Shown: positions 28,679 to 37,338 of the stretch, piece after piece
Layout of the letters: every line of letters starts with the position of its first letter
Position numbering within the stretch: position 1 is the first letter of the stretch
Source of the DNA: Capsulimonadaceae bacterium
GTDB taxonomy: Bacteria > Armatimonadota > Armatimonadia > Armatimonadales > Capsulimonadaceae
Direction of reading: 5' to 3'
Assembly (NCBI GenBank): GCA_965215505.1
Contig: OZ244065.1
Coordinates: forward strand, 3,872,001-3,936,000
Length of the DNA stretch: 64,000 nt
Program-made: the position numbers and the translations under genes
Notes under the pieces: generated by a model
Told to the model about the DNA's origin: nothing
Seen by the model: only the letters and a program-made list of their open reading frames with translations
Databases searched by the model: none

Positions 28679-29890
28679 ATGCCTTTGACCTGCCCCCGCT
28701 GCCGGGCCGCGCTGGCCGCAGGGAACAAAATTTGCGGCGATTGTGGATGGACCCCCACGCCCGCCCCCGACGGCATGGACCCCGCGCGGGTGCGGCAGGC
28801 TCCGTGGCGGCTGCCCGCCTCGCTCGCCGTCGGCCTCCTGCTCGCGGTCAGCGTGTCGGCGTTCCTCCTCGTCGAGCGCGGGCCTGCCCCCCGCGCCGCC
28901 CGCTCGGCTGGACCCCGCTCGGCTGGACCCCGCTCGGCTGGACCCCGCTCGGCTGGACCCCGCTCGGCTGGACCCCGCTCGGCTGGACCCCGCTCGGCCA
29001 GGCCCGCGCCTGACGCCGCCGGACCGGCGGCACCCGCCCCGGCCATCATCGCCCCGACTGTCACCGCCGCTTCCGCCGCGAAGAAGCCCCTGCTGCCCAG
29101 GAAGGCGGTGCCGCTCCGCGTCGTCCTGACATCCCCCGGCCAGAGGCGTCACGTCAGGGTCGGCGAGGACGTGACTCTGATCGCGCTGGCCCAGGGCCGG
29201 TGCGCGTCCCTGACGCTCTCCTACCGGCGCGGACTCAGGGGCGCGGCCACCCACTCGTTTACGGAGGGCGGCCTCCTCAGCACGACCTGGACCCCCTCCC
29301 TCCCCGGCCGGTACGAGTTCACGGCGACCGCCCTCGGCGGCCCCCGGCAGACCGCCGTCTCGCGCCCCGTCGAGATCATCGTGGACGCGCCCATCCCCCA
29401 AATGATGGCACGGGGCGAGGCGGCACGCTCGTTCCCCGCCGAGACCATCACGCCGCTGCCGCCCATGGCGGTGCGTCTGCCGCCGCCGCAGCCCGCCCGC
29501 CGATCCGCCTCCGTGCCGCCACTGCCACGGCTCCGGCGGGTGAAGCCCCGGACAGAGGCCCCGCCCCCCGTGCCGGAAACGATGATCGCAGGCGTCGTGA
29601 CCCCGAGCGTAGTGATCCCGAGCGCCGCGCCCCCCGACACGCGCCCGGCACCGGCCGTCCTCTACCACGTCGCCGCGGCCCAGTTCCCTCTGTCCCGGAG
29701 CGCGGTGGTCCTCGCCAAATCCTTCCGGCTTCAGGGCAGCCCGGCGACGACGAAGCGGATGATCGGCTACCACGGCCGGACCGTCTATGCGGTCGTGACC
29801 GGTGCCTATCGCCGCCCCGAGGAGGCGCGCGCCGCCGTCCTGGTCTTGCAGCGCAGCGGCTACCCGGCCTACCTCTACGGCGGCAACTAG
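28679..29890 (+). CDS. Zinc-ribbon / TM / Pro-rich / Ig-like / SPOR-domain protein (paralog 2)
   Basis: Same architecture, with near-identical blocks to 27413..28525 (MPLTCP, GEDVTL, PGRYEFTATALG, LVLQRSGYPAY). Confidence 0.8.
   Translation: MPLTCPRCRAALAAGNKICGDCGWTPTPAPDGMDPARVRQAPWRLPASLAVGLLLAVSVSAFLLVERGPAPRAARSAGPRSAGPRSAGPRSAGPRSAGPRSAGPRSARPAPDAAGPAAPAPAIIAPTVTAASAAKKPLLPRKAVPLRVVLTSPGQRRHVRVGEDVTLIALAQGRCASLTLSYRRGLRGAATHSFTEGGLLSTTWTPSLPGRYEFTATALGGPRQTAVSRPVEIIVDAPIPQMMARGEAARSFPAETITPLPPMAVRLPPPQPARRSASVPPLPRLRRVKPRTEAPPPVPETMIAGVVTPSVVIPSAAPPDTRPAPAVLYHVAAAQFPLSRSAVVLAKSFRLQGSPATTKRMIGYHGRTVYAVVTGAYRRPEEARAAVLVLQRSGYPAYLYGGN
28900..28998 (+). repeat. In-frame 15-bp tandem repeat (CCCCGCTCGGCTGGA; RSAGP x~6)
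   Basis: Direct reading of the sequence. Confidence 0.95.
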
Positions 29891-29940
29891 AAGGGCAGCG
29901 CGCCGGTTTGAGAATGCCTGCTTCCGGGAAAGAGGGCGCT

Positions 29941-30441
29941 GTGAAACGTCTCCCCATCCTCCTCTGCGCTGCCTTAGCCCTGCCGGTCGCCGCCGCGCCC
30001 CCGGCGGCCCCGCCGGCCGCCGACCGGGCCGCCATTCAGTCTGCCATCCAGGCCGCCTATGACGGCCTGGGCGACGCCTTCAGCCGGCACGACCTGCCCC
30101 GCTTCATGTCCTACTTCACCGACGACTACATTGACACCGACGAACACGGCGCACGTCTCACCAAAGAGCAGACGCGCCGGGGATACAAAGACCAGCTCGG
30201 CGAGATGAAGTCCATCCAGAGCCGCTACGTCATCCAGAGCCTCACGCCCGCGCCGGGGGGGACACTGGTGGAGATGCGGCTGCACGCGACCGGCCAGGGC
30301 GAGAAGCGCATCCTGTTCGCCAAATTCCACGGCACCTTCACCGACGACCTGTGGGTGCGCGACCTGTGGGTCAGTACGCCGCAGGGCTGGCGCATCCAGC
30401 GCCGGCTGACGCTGAAGGACGAACTCCACATCCGCCACTAG
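29941..30441 (+). CDS. Secreted NTF2-like (DUF4440/SnoaL-like) protein
   Basis: GTG start, signal peptide VKRLPILLCAALALPVAA, AF...D...MSYFTDDY, and D.WV.TPQGWRI. Confidence 0.75.
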   Translation: MKRLPILLCAALALPVAAAPPAAPPAADRAAIQSAIQAAYDGLGDAFSRHDLPRFMSYFTDDYIDTDEHGARLTKEQTRRGYKDQLGEMKSIQSRYVIQSLTPAPGGTLVEMRLHATGQGEKRILFAKFHGTFTDDLWVRDLWVSTPQGWRIQRRLTLKDELHIRH

Positions 30442-30476
30442 GATGCCGCCCTGCCGCCGGTGGGATGCCGCCCCAT

Positions 30477-30794
30477 TTACGTCCGCGTGGCGATGGACAG
30501 GCAGCGCGGGCAGACCAGGCTGTTCGGGAACCGGGCCAGCGCGCCCCGCTTCAAGGCTTCCAGCCGCCTCCTCCGGCCCTCATACGTCGCCAGGGCCAGG
30601 AGGAAATTGTACACGAAGATGCCCCAGCCCCAGACGAAGAACTCCCAGGCTTCGGCCTCCACGGCGGGGAACTCGCTGCTCCTGTTGATCTCATATTCTC
30701 TGAGCGGCAGCATCACCGCGCGGCACTTCGGGCACTCCGTCCACTCGTCACGCGCGTCGGCATACCCGTCTTCCGGTGTCATCGGATGGTTCAT
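30477..30794 (-). CDS. Small membrane protein with a split CxxC/CxxC zinc site
   Basis: CPKC and CPRC flank one hydrophobic helix; AGGA upstream. Confidence 0.65.
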   Translation of the reverse strand: MNHPMTPEDGYADARDEWTECPKCRAVMLPLREYEINRSSEFPAVEAEAWEFFVWGWGIFVYNFLLALATYEGRRRRLEALKRGALARFPNSLVCPRCLSIATRT

Positions 30795-30883
30795 GGTTCC
30801 TGAGACACGGCGGCGGCGATAAAGTTGCGTTCAGCGGCCGACCTGCGGCGCGGGCGCTTGGATGCCGATACTATGGCAGAGCA

Positions 30884-32749
30884 ATGGTTGCCACCACAAC
30901 GCCACAACTGAACACGCTGGAGGAAGCCCTCGAAGCCGCCGTCTCGGACCGGGAGAAGGTGGACGCCCTGAACGCCCTGGCCCGCGAGGTCGTGGACAAC
31001 GACCCCGAACGCGCGCGCCCTCTAGCCGCGCGGGCGCATTCGCTGGCCGTCGCGCTCGGCTACGGGCCGGGCTTGGCGCGCAGCCTGCACACGCAGGGAC
31101 ACGCCCACTACCGGCTGGGGGAGGGGGAGGAGGCGCGGGAACTCTACTGCCGGGCGCTGGAAGTCAGCCGCCGGGAAGGAGACCGTGCCGTGGAAGACCG
31201 TGCCGTGGAAGACCGTGCCGTGGAGGCGGACTGCCTGCACGGCCTGGGCGTCCTCGCCAAGCTCCGGGCCGAGCATGCGGCGGCCGTGTCCTATTACCTG
31301 GAGGCGCTGCGGCTTTATGAGGCCCTGGACGACCCGGCGGGGCAGGCCCAGACGCTGAACGGCCTGGGGAACGCCCACATGGGGCGGGAGGACCTGGGCC
31401 GGGCGCTCCCGTGTTACCTGGACTCGCTCAAGCGGCGCGAGGCGCTGGGGGACGAGACGGGCGTCGGCTGCTCCCTGAACAACATCGCCAACGTCTACGC
31501 GGCCCTGGGAGACAACGCGCAGGCGCTGGATCACTACCGCCGCTGCCTGGAACTCAGCCGCCAAACCGGGGCGACTCGCCTGGAGGCGCGCTGCCTGGCC
31601 AACCTGAGCGAGATCCACATCGCGTTGGGGCGTCCCGACGAGGCCTTGGAGAACAGCCGGGCGGCGCACGCCATCGCCTTGCGCTACGGTTACCGGAGTG
31701 ACGAGTGCTACGCCCTGATGGCGCAGGGGGCCGCGCACAAGGCCGCCGGGCGGGTCGCGCTCGCCGTCCCGCTCTTGCGGGAGGCGCTGTCGGTCGCGCG
31801 GTCACTTCCCGACCCCATCAACGAGTGCCAGATTCACCTCCTGCTGGGCGAGTCCGCACTCGAGTCCGGCGCGCTGTCGAATGCCCGCGTCTCCCTGAGC
31901 CGGGCCGCCGAGATGGCCGAAGAACTCTCCCTGAAACAGCACATCTTCCCCATCCATCTGGGGCTGTCGCGCGTCTGCAAGGCGGAGGGGGACTTTCAGG
32001 CCGCCCTCGCCCACCACGAGCGGTTCCACGCGCTGGAGAAAGAGGTCCTGGGCGACAACGCCGACAAGCGCCTTCAGGCCATGCTGGTCCAGATGGACGT
32101 GGAGAAGGCGCAGAAGGAGGCGGACTTCAGCCGCCAGGAGGCCGAGCTGCACCGCCTGAAGACCGTGGAGCTTGCCCAGACCAATCAGGCCTTGCGGCAG
32201 GCCATCGAGAACAACGAACAATTGGTGGAGGAATTGCGGGCGCAGGCGGACGAGCTTGAGCGCCAGGCCAGCCAGGACGGCCTGACCGGCCTGTACAACC
32301 GGCGTTATTTGGAGGGCTGGCTCACCCGCGCCTTCGGCGACGCCAAGCGCGGCGGCCGGCCCCTGGCCGTCGCCCTGGCGGATGTGGACCACTTCAAAGG
32401 CATCAACGACCGGTACGGCCACCAGACCGGCGACGAGGTGCTGATGACGGTCGCCCTCCTGCTGCGCCGGGCCTGCCGCGAGACGGACATCGCCGCCCGC
32501 TACGGCGGCGAGGAGTTCCTGCTGGCCCTTGCCGGGACGGGCGCGGCCCACGCCGCCGCCGTCTGCGAGCGGGTCCGCTTGGAGATCGAGTCCCACCCAT
32601 GGCACGAGATCCACCCTGGCCTCGCCGTGACCGTCAGCCTCGGCTTCTCGGACGACCTCAGCGCCCTCGACCACGAGCGGCTCCTCTCGCTGGCCGACGC
32701 ATCTCTCTACGCGGCCAAGCGCGGCGGGCGCAACCGCGTCTGCGGCTAG
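30884..32749 (+). CDS. TPR-repeat diguanylate cyclase
   Basis: Multiple TPRs (LNGLGN, LNNIAN, LANLSE), coiled coil, DGLTGLYNRR, DVDHFK, RETD I-site and GGEEF. Confidence 0.92.
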   Translation: MVATTTPQLNTLEEALEAAVSDREKVDALNALAREVVDNDPERARPLAARAHSLAVALGYGPGLARSLHTQGHAHYRLGEGEEARELYCRALEVSRREGDRAVEDRAVEDRAVEADCLHGLGVLAKLRAEHAAAVSYYLEALRLYEALDDPAGQAQTLNGLGNAHMGREDLGRALPCYLDSLKRREALGDETGVGCSLNNIANVYAALGDNAQALDHYRRCLELSRQTGATRLEARCLANLSEIHIALGRPDEALENSRAAHAIALRYGYRSDECYALMAQGAAHKAAGRVALAVPLLREALSVARSLPDPINECQIHLLLGESALESGALSNARVSLSRAAEMAEELSLKQHIFPIHLGLSRVCKAEGDFQAALAHHERFHALEKEVLGDNADKRLQAMLVQMDVEKAQKEADFSRQEAELHRLKTVELAQTNQALRQAIENNEQLVEELRAQADELERQASQDGLTGLYNRRYLEGWLTRAFGDAKRGGRPLAVALADVDHFKGINDRYGHQTGDEVLMTVALLLRRACRETDIAARYGGEEFLLALAGTGAAHAAAVCERVRLEIESHPWHEIHPGLAVTVSLGFSDDLSALDHERLLSLADASLYAAKRGGRNRVCG

Positions 32750-32787
32750 GTGCCCCCTTCCGTCCCCCCGCCTGATGACCTCCGTGC

Positions 32788-32817
32788 TTGACACCGACCC
32801 CGCCGACGTGCTACCAT
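32788..32817 (+). promoter_or_regulatory. Sigma70-type promoter, probably leaderless
   Basis: TTGACA-18 nt-TACCAT-6 nt-ATG(32824). Confidence 0.65.
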
Positions 32818-32823
32818 TGCCGC

Positions 32824-33102
32824 ATGGCACTGCGCCTTTACATGGCTTTCGAGGCGATGATCCCCCTCCTGCTGATTGGGCTGGCTCTCCTCTACGCCGT
32901 CTGGGCCTGGCGGGAGCGGCGGCGGAACGCCCCCTATGATCTGCGCCGCCTGCGCGACGCCCGCTACGAGGGGTGGCTCGCCCCCGGCGAGGAGCCGGAC
33001 GAGGGGCTTGTCACAGCCGAGAGCGGCCCGTACTGCTCCGCCTGCGACGAGTCCTACCCCGCCGGCACCCATTCCTGCCGCTACTGCCGCCGCCCGCTGT
33101 GA
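32824..33102 (+). CDS. Small single-TM protein with a C-terminal zinc ribbon
   Basis: TM helix, then CSAC...CRYC. Confidence 0.7.
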   Translation: MALRLYMAFEAMIPLLLIGLALLYAVWAWRERRRNAPYDLRRLRDARYEGWLAPGEEPDEGLVTAESGPYCSACDESYPAGTHSCRYCRRPL

Positions 33103-33130
33103 GGGCACCGGTCGTAACGGGGCTGAACTA

Positions 33131-33271
33131 GGACGAGTGAATGAATTCACTCGCTGAAGGGGACCTGTCCAGGGGACAGAAGAAACACGAGCGTCTTCAT
33201 CCTGTCCTGGTCCTGCTCTTTTGTCCCTTGGACAAATCCCACCGAAGCGAGTGATTTCAATCACTCGTCCC
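33131..33271. repeat. Nested inverted repeat (third REP-like family); a related half-copy at about 15238-15260
   Basis: GGACGAGTGAATGAATTCACTCGCT...GTCCAGGGGACA / TGTCCCTTGGAC...AGCGAGTGATTTCAATCACTCGTCC; GCGAGTGATTGAAATCGCTCGCT at 15238. Confidence 0.75.
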
Positions 33272-33508
33272 TGCCGGCGTAGATCGGCGCGTGACACCAG
33301 CCGCCGGGTATGTCATCCCACATCATGTTGTGGTACACTAGGACCGAGTAGCAGCGAAGGCGGCACTCCTTCCAAGGCCCGTGACACATGTGCGCGGGCT
33401 TTTGTGTTTGTATAACTGCGCCCACGCGGGTCAAAACGGAACCTGACACGGCCCGCTGCGCGTAGGACACAATGACCTCCCGCACACAGAAAGAGAAACA
33501 CGACTCTG

Positions 33509-36322
33509 ATGCGTCACCTGCCTAAACTGCCCAAGACTCACCTGCCCAAAATATTGATCGCCCTGATGCTGGCCTGCGCCCCGCCCGCCGCCCATGCGGC
33601 GGCCCCGACGCCCGCCTACGGCGCTGTCGTCTCCCAGTCCTTTGACAAGGCCCAGATGACGACCGAGACGCATCTCGCGAACGGGCTGACGATCCTCTCC
33701 AAAGAGGTACACGCCGCGCCGGTCGTCTACTTCAGCGTCTACTACAAGGTCGGCTCGCGCAACGAGGTCAGCGGGCAGACCGGGCTTTCGCATATCCTGG
33801 AACACATGATGTTCAAGGGGACCAGCGACCTGCCGCCCGGCTCCATTGACCACCTGTTCCAGTCCAACGGCGGCCAGATCAACGCCTCGACCGGGCCGGA
33901 CTTCACCGAGTACCACGAGGAGGTCGCCGCCGACCGGCTGGAGCTTGCCGCCCGCATCGAGGCCGACCGGATGGAGGACTCCAAGTTTGATCCGACCGAA
34001 CTGGCCCACGAGATGACCGTCGTCCGCTCCGAACTCGAGGGCGACAATAACAGCCCCGGCTACGATCTATACTCCAACGTCTTCGAGCCGGCCGCCTTCA
34101 CCGCACACCCCTACCACTGGCCGGTCATCGGCTGGCGCACCGACGTCGAGGCCGTCGCCAACCGGCGCGACATCATCTACGGCTACTATAAGCGTCACTA
34201 TCTGCCCAACAACGCCGTCGTCGTCATGGTCGGCGACTTCGACACCAAGAAGGCACTCGCCATCTGCCAGAAATACTTCGGCGTCTACCCCGCCGGGACA
34301 CTGGAGAAGCGCACCATCACGCCCGAGCCGCCCCAGCGCGGCGAGCGGCGCGTCATCCTCAAGCGCCCCGGCACCACGCCCCAACTGCTGATCGGCTACC
34401 ACGTCCCCGCGACCGGCGACCCGGACCACCTGACCTTTGACGTCGTCTCGCAGATCCTGTCCGGCGGGCGCAGCGCGCGTCTCTACCAGGACTTGGTGGA
34501 GAAGGGCCTGGCCCAGTCGGCGGGCACGGGCAACAACGACCAGCGCGACCCGTCCCTGTTCGAGTTCGACGCCACGCCGAGCGCCAAGGTGGCCGTCGCG
34601 GATGTCGAGAAGGCCCTGGAGGACGAGGTCACCCGGCTCCAGACGACGCCGGTTTCCGACGAGGAGCTGGCCCGCGCCGTGCGCCAGATCAGCGCCGCCT
34701 TCGTCTACAACAACGACAGCGTGACCGCCCAGGCCGGGCAGCTCGGCACCTACGCCGCCATCAACCAGCCACGCTACCTGGATACCTACCTGGACAAGAT
34801 CAAGGCGGTGACGCCCGCCGACGTCCAGCGGGTCGCCAGAGAGTACCTGACGGTGGACAACCGCACCGTCGCCGCCTTCGACCCGCAGCCGCTCCCGCCG
34901 GGTGCGACTCCCCCGCCGCCGCCGGTCGTGGACAACTTCGGGTCTTCAAAGCCCGTCACCGACCCGCGCCAGAAGGCGGTTCTGGCCGCCCTGGACAAGA
35001 CATTCAACGGGCCGACCGCGACCTCGAAGGCCGCGCCGACCGCCAAGCCCACCCGCGTCGTTCTGCCGAACGGCATGGTCGTGATCGTCCAGGAAAACCA
35101 CGCCAACAAGACGGTCGCCCTGGACGGCCTGGTCCGGGCGGGCACCCTGTACGACCCCGACGGCAAGTACGGCCTGGCCGGGACCACGGCGGCCATGCTC
35201 GGGCGCGGCGCGGGCGGCAAGACCGCCTTGCAGCTCGCTTTGGCCCTGGAGTCCGTCGGCGCGGGCGTCGGAGTCGGGGCAAGCACCGAGGCGGCCGACA
35301 TCTCGGGGACCAGCCTGTCCCAAGACTTCCCGCTCCTGGTCACGACATTAGCCGACGAGCTGCGCCGGCCCACCTTCCCCGCCGACCAATTGGAGCGCCT
35401 GCGGGCGCAGACGCTCTCGGGCATCGAGGAGGCCCGCCAGGACACGGGCGGGACGGGCGGCGCGGGCAGCCAGGCGGAGATCGCCTTCGCCCAGGCCATC
35501 TACCCCAAGGGCCACCCCTACTGGGCGCCGAGCCTGGACCAGAGCGCGGCGGCGGCCAAGGCCATCACGCGGGACGACCTGGTGGCCTTCCACCAGACCT
35601 ACTACCGCCCGGACACGACCGTGCTGGTGGTCGTCGGCGACGTGAACGCCGCCGACGTCGTCCGCCAGATGCAGGCCGCCTTCGGCGACTGGGAGAAGCC
35701 CGCGACTCCCGCCCCGGCCCTGACCATCCCGGACGTCCCCGCGCCCACGGCCGCGCCCAAGCCGCAGATCATCGTCCTGCCGGACGCCCCGCAGACGAGC
35801 CTGCTGTTCGGCTATAACGGCGGCCTGAAGCGGGACGCGCCGGACTTCTATGCCGCCCAGATCATGAACTACGTCATCGGCGGCGACACCTTCGGCTCGC
35901 GCCTGGGCAAGATCATCCGCGACCAGAACGGCCTGGCCTACTCGGTCTACTCGTCCATCGACGCCCAGCACGGGGCCGGCCCCTTCCAGGTGTTCGTCGG
36001 CGCGAACCCCAAGAACGCCACGCGCGCCCTGTCCCTGCTGCGCCAGACTCTCTCCCAGGTGCGTCAGTACGGCATCACGCCCGACGAGGTCAGCCAGGCC
36101 AAGCTCTACTTGACCGGCGAGTACCCCCTGCGCCTGGAGACGAACGCGGGCGTGGCGAGCCAACTCGTCGCCGCCGAGGACTACGACTTGGGCCTGGACT
36201 ACATCCAGAAGCGCGCCGACTACTACAACGCCGTCACGCCCGCCCAGGTGAACGCCGCCGTCCAGAAGTACCTGCACCCCGACCAGGGCGTCCTGATCAT
36301 CGCGGGCGCGGCCCCGCAGTAG
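33509..36322 (+). CDS. Secreted M16 (pitrilysin-family) zinc peptidase, two fused halves
   Basis: Signal peptide, LANGL, VGSRNE, HILEH (HxxEH), INAST; second half LPNGM...SRL..IRD.NGLAYSV. Confidence 0.93.
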   Translation: MRHLPKLPKTHLPKILIALMLACAPPAAHAAAPTPAYGAVVSQSFDKAQMTTETHLANGLTILSKEVHAAPVVYFSVYYKVGSRNEVSGQTGLSHILEHMMFKGTSDLPPGSIDHLFQSNGGQINASTGPDFTEYHEEVAADRLELAARIEADRMEDSKFDPTELAHEMTVVRSELEGDNNSPGYDLYSNVFEPAAFTAHPYHWPVIGWRTDVEAVANRRDIIYGYYKRHYLPNNAVVVMVGDFDTKKALAICQKYFGVYPAGTLEKRTITPEPPQRGERRVILKRPGTTPQLLIGYHVPATGDPDHLTFDVVSQILSGGRSARLYQDLVEKGLAQSAGTGNNDQRDPSLFEFDATPSAKVAVADVEKALEDEVTRLQTTPVSDEELARAVRQISAAFVYNNDSVTAQAGQLGTYAAINQPRYLDTYLDKIKAVTPADVQRVAREYLTVDNRTVAAFDPQPLPPGATPPPPPVVDNFGSSKPVTDPRQKAVLAALDKTFNGPTATSKAAPTAKPTRVVLPNGMVVIVQENHANKTVALDGLVRAGTLYDPDGKYGLAGTTAAMLGRGAGGKTALQLALALESVGAGVGVGASTEAADISGTSLSQDFPLLVTTLADELRRPTFPADQLERLRAQTLSGIEEARQDTGGTGGAGSQAEIAFAQAIYPKGHPYWAPSLDQSAAAAKAITRDDLVAFHQTYYRPDTTVLVVVGDVNAADVVRQMQAAFGDWEKPATPAPALTIPDVPAPTAAPKPQIIVLPDAPQTSLLFGYNGGLKRDAPDFYAAQIMNYVIGGDTFGSRLGKIIRDQNGLAYSVYSSIDAQHGAGPFQVFVGANPKNATRALSLLRQTLSQVRQYGITPDEVSQAKLYLTGEYPLRLETNAGVASQLVAAEDYDLGLDYIQKRADYYNAVTPAQVNAAVQKYLHPDQGVLIIAGAAPQ

Positions 36323-36342
36323 AGGCGGCACGCGGCGGACAC

Positions 36343-36381
36343 AGAGACGGCCCGGAGGCATCGCCTCCGGGCCGTCTTTCT
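36343..36381 (+). terminator. Intrinsic terminator
   Basis: AGACGGCCCGGAGGC-ATC-GCCTCCGGGCCGTCT followed by TTCT. Confidence 0.75.
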
Positions 36382-36386
36382 GTCCC

Positions 36387-36414
36387 GTAGGGGCGCGATG
36401 AATCGCGCCCCTAC
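36387..36414. repeat. GTAG-type REP
   Basis: GTAGGGGCGCGATGAATCGCGCCCCTAC. Confidence 0.85.
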
Positions 36415-36422
36415 ACCGGAGT

Positions 36423-36686
36423 TCAATCCCGCAGCGCCGTCAGCCCCGTGGCGCGGTCGCCGGTCTTGTCGGCGGTGGATGTCGGCTGGGCGGTGTCGTC
36501 CGCCGTCAGACCGCCGCCGGGTGCGGCGCTGCCCCGCACGTCGTTCATGTCGCTGCCGGGCGGCATCTCCGGGATGGCGTTCCCCTCGGTGATGGCACCG
36601 TGAGGAAGAACCTCCGTCTCGCCCAGGCCCGGTATGTGTTCGTCTTTGTCCAAATCCGCGTCCTTGATGATGTCTCCGTGTGCCAT
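36423..36686 (-). CDS. Small acidic disordered protein
   Basis: GGAG upstream of ATG 36686 (MAHGDIIKDADLD...). Confidence 0.7.
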   Translation of the reverse strand: MAHGDIIKDADLDKDEHIPGLGETEVLPHGAITEGNAIPEMPPGSDMNDVRGSAAPGGGLTADDTAQPTSTADKTGDRATGLTALRD

Positions 36687-36838
36687 GTCTTCTCCCCCGT
36701 TTCTTCGCTCCTCGCCTGCTGCTTGCAGAGTACCGCCGCCCGGCCCGATGCCAAACCCCCGCGCGGTTCGCGCGGACGCCGGAACGGGTAAGGGGAGAGC
36801 ATCAACTTGATCAGGCAGCATGATTGGAGGCCGCACAG

Positions 36839-37147
36839 ATGGTGGACAGCCGCACGAACCCAATGGACGTGGACCAGGTCGGCGACGATACCGTGGACGC
36901 CGAGATTCGCGGCGAGCAGGAGCCGCTGAAGATGCACGAGGCCGGGGCGACGCCCCCGCCCGGCTCGCTCGATGCGGCAGGGCCGGTGATGGACGCGGCG
37001 GGGAACAGCCAGGGCGACCCCGGCCGGGTCCCCGGCAGCCGCGACCCGGACGCGGCGGGCAGCCTGGAATCCGACGGCCGCCCCGAGAGCCGGGGCGGCG
37101 ACACGCCTTACGACGCGCAGGGGACGGCGGGGTCGGAAGGGGAGTAG
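36839..37147 (+). CDS. Small acidic Gly/Asp-rich disordered protein
   Basis: GGAGG upstream of ATG 36839; divergent from the previous gene. Confidence 0.7.
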   Translation: MVDSRTNPMDVDQVGDDTVDAEIRGEQEPLKMHEAGATPPPGSLDAAGPVMDAAGNSQGDPGRVPGSRDPDAAGSLESDGRPESRGGDTPYDAQGTAGSEGE

Positions 37148-37157
37148 GAAGGGGAGG

Positions 37158-37329
37158 ACCCCCACCCCCCGCCCCTCCCTTCACCCCGCTCCGTTCCTAC
37201 GAGGGGCCGCAAGCGGGAGAGGGGAGTCAGATGTTAGGATGCGGATGAGGACGCATTTTCTATCCTTCCCCCTCCACCTTGTCCCTTCATGCCCCCCTCT
37301 CCCGCTTGCGGGGGCAGGGGGTGGGGGTC
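37158..37329. repeat. CCCTCTCCCGC/GCGGGAGAGGG-type inverted repeat (fourth REP-like family)
   Basis: ACCCCCACCCCC..CCCC ... GCAAGCGGGAGAGGGG and the inverse CCCCTCTCCCGCTTGC...GGGGGTGGGGGT. Confidence 0.7.
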
Positions 37330-37338
37330 TTTTCTTAT

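Noticed and set aside
33100-33500. Riboswitch or tRNA upstream of the M16 peptidase
   Set aside because: The structure is explained by a nested inverted repeat with a related copy at 15238; no known aptamer or cloverleaf recognised.
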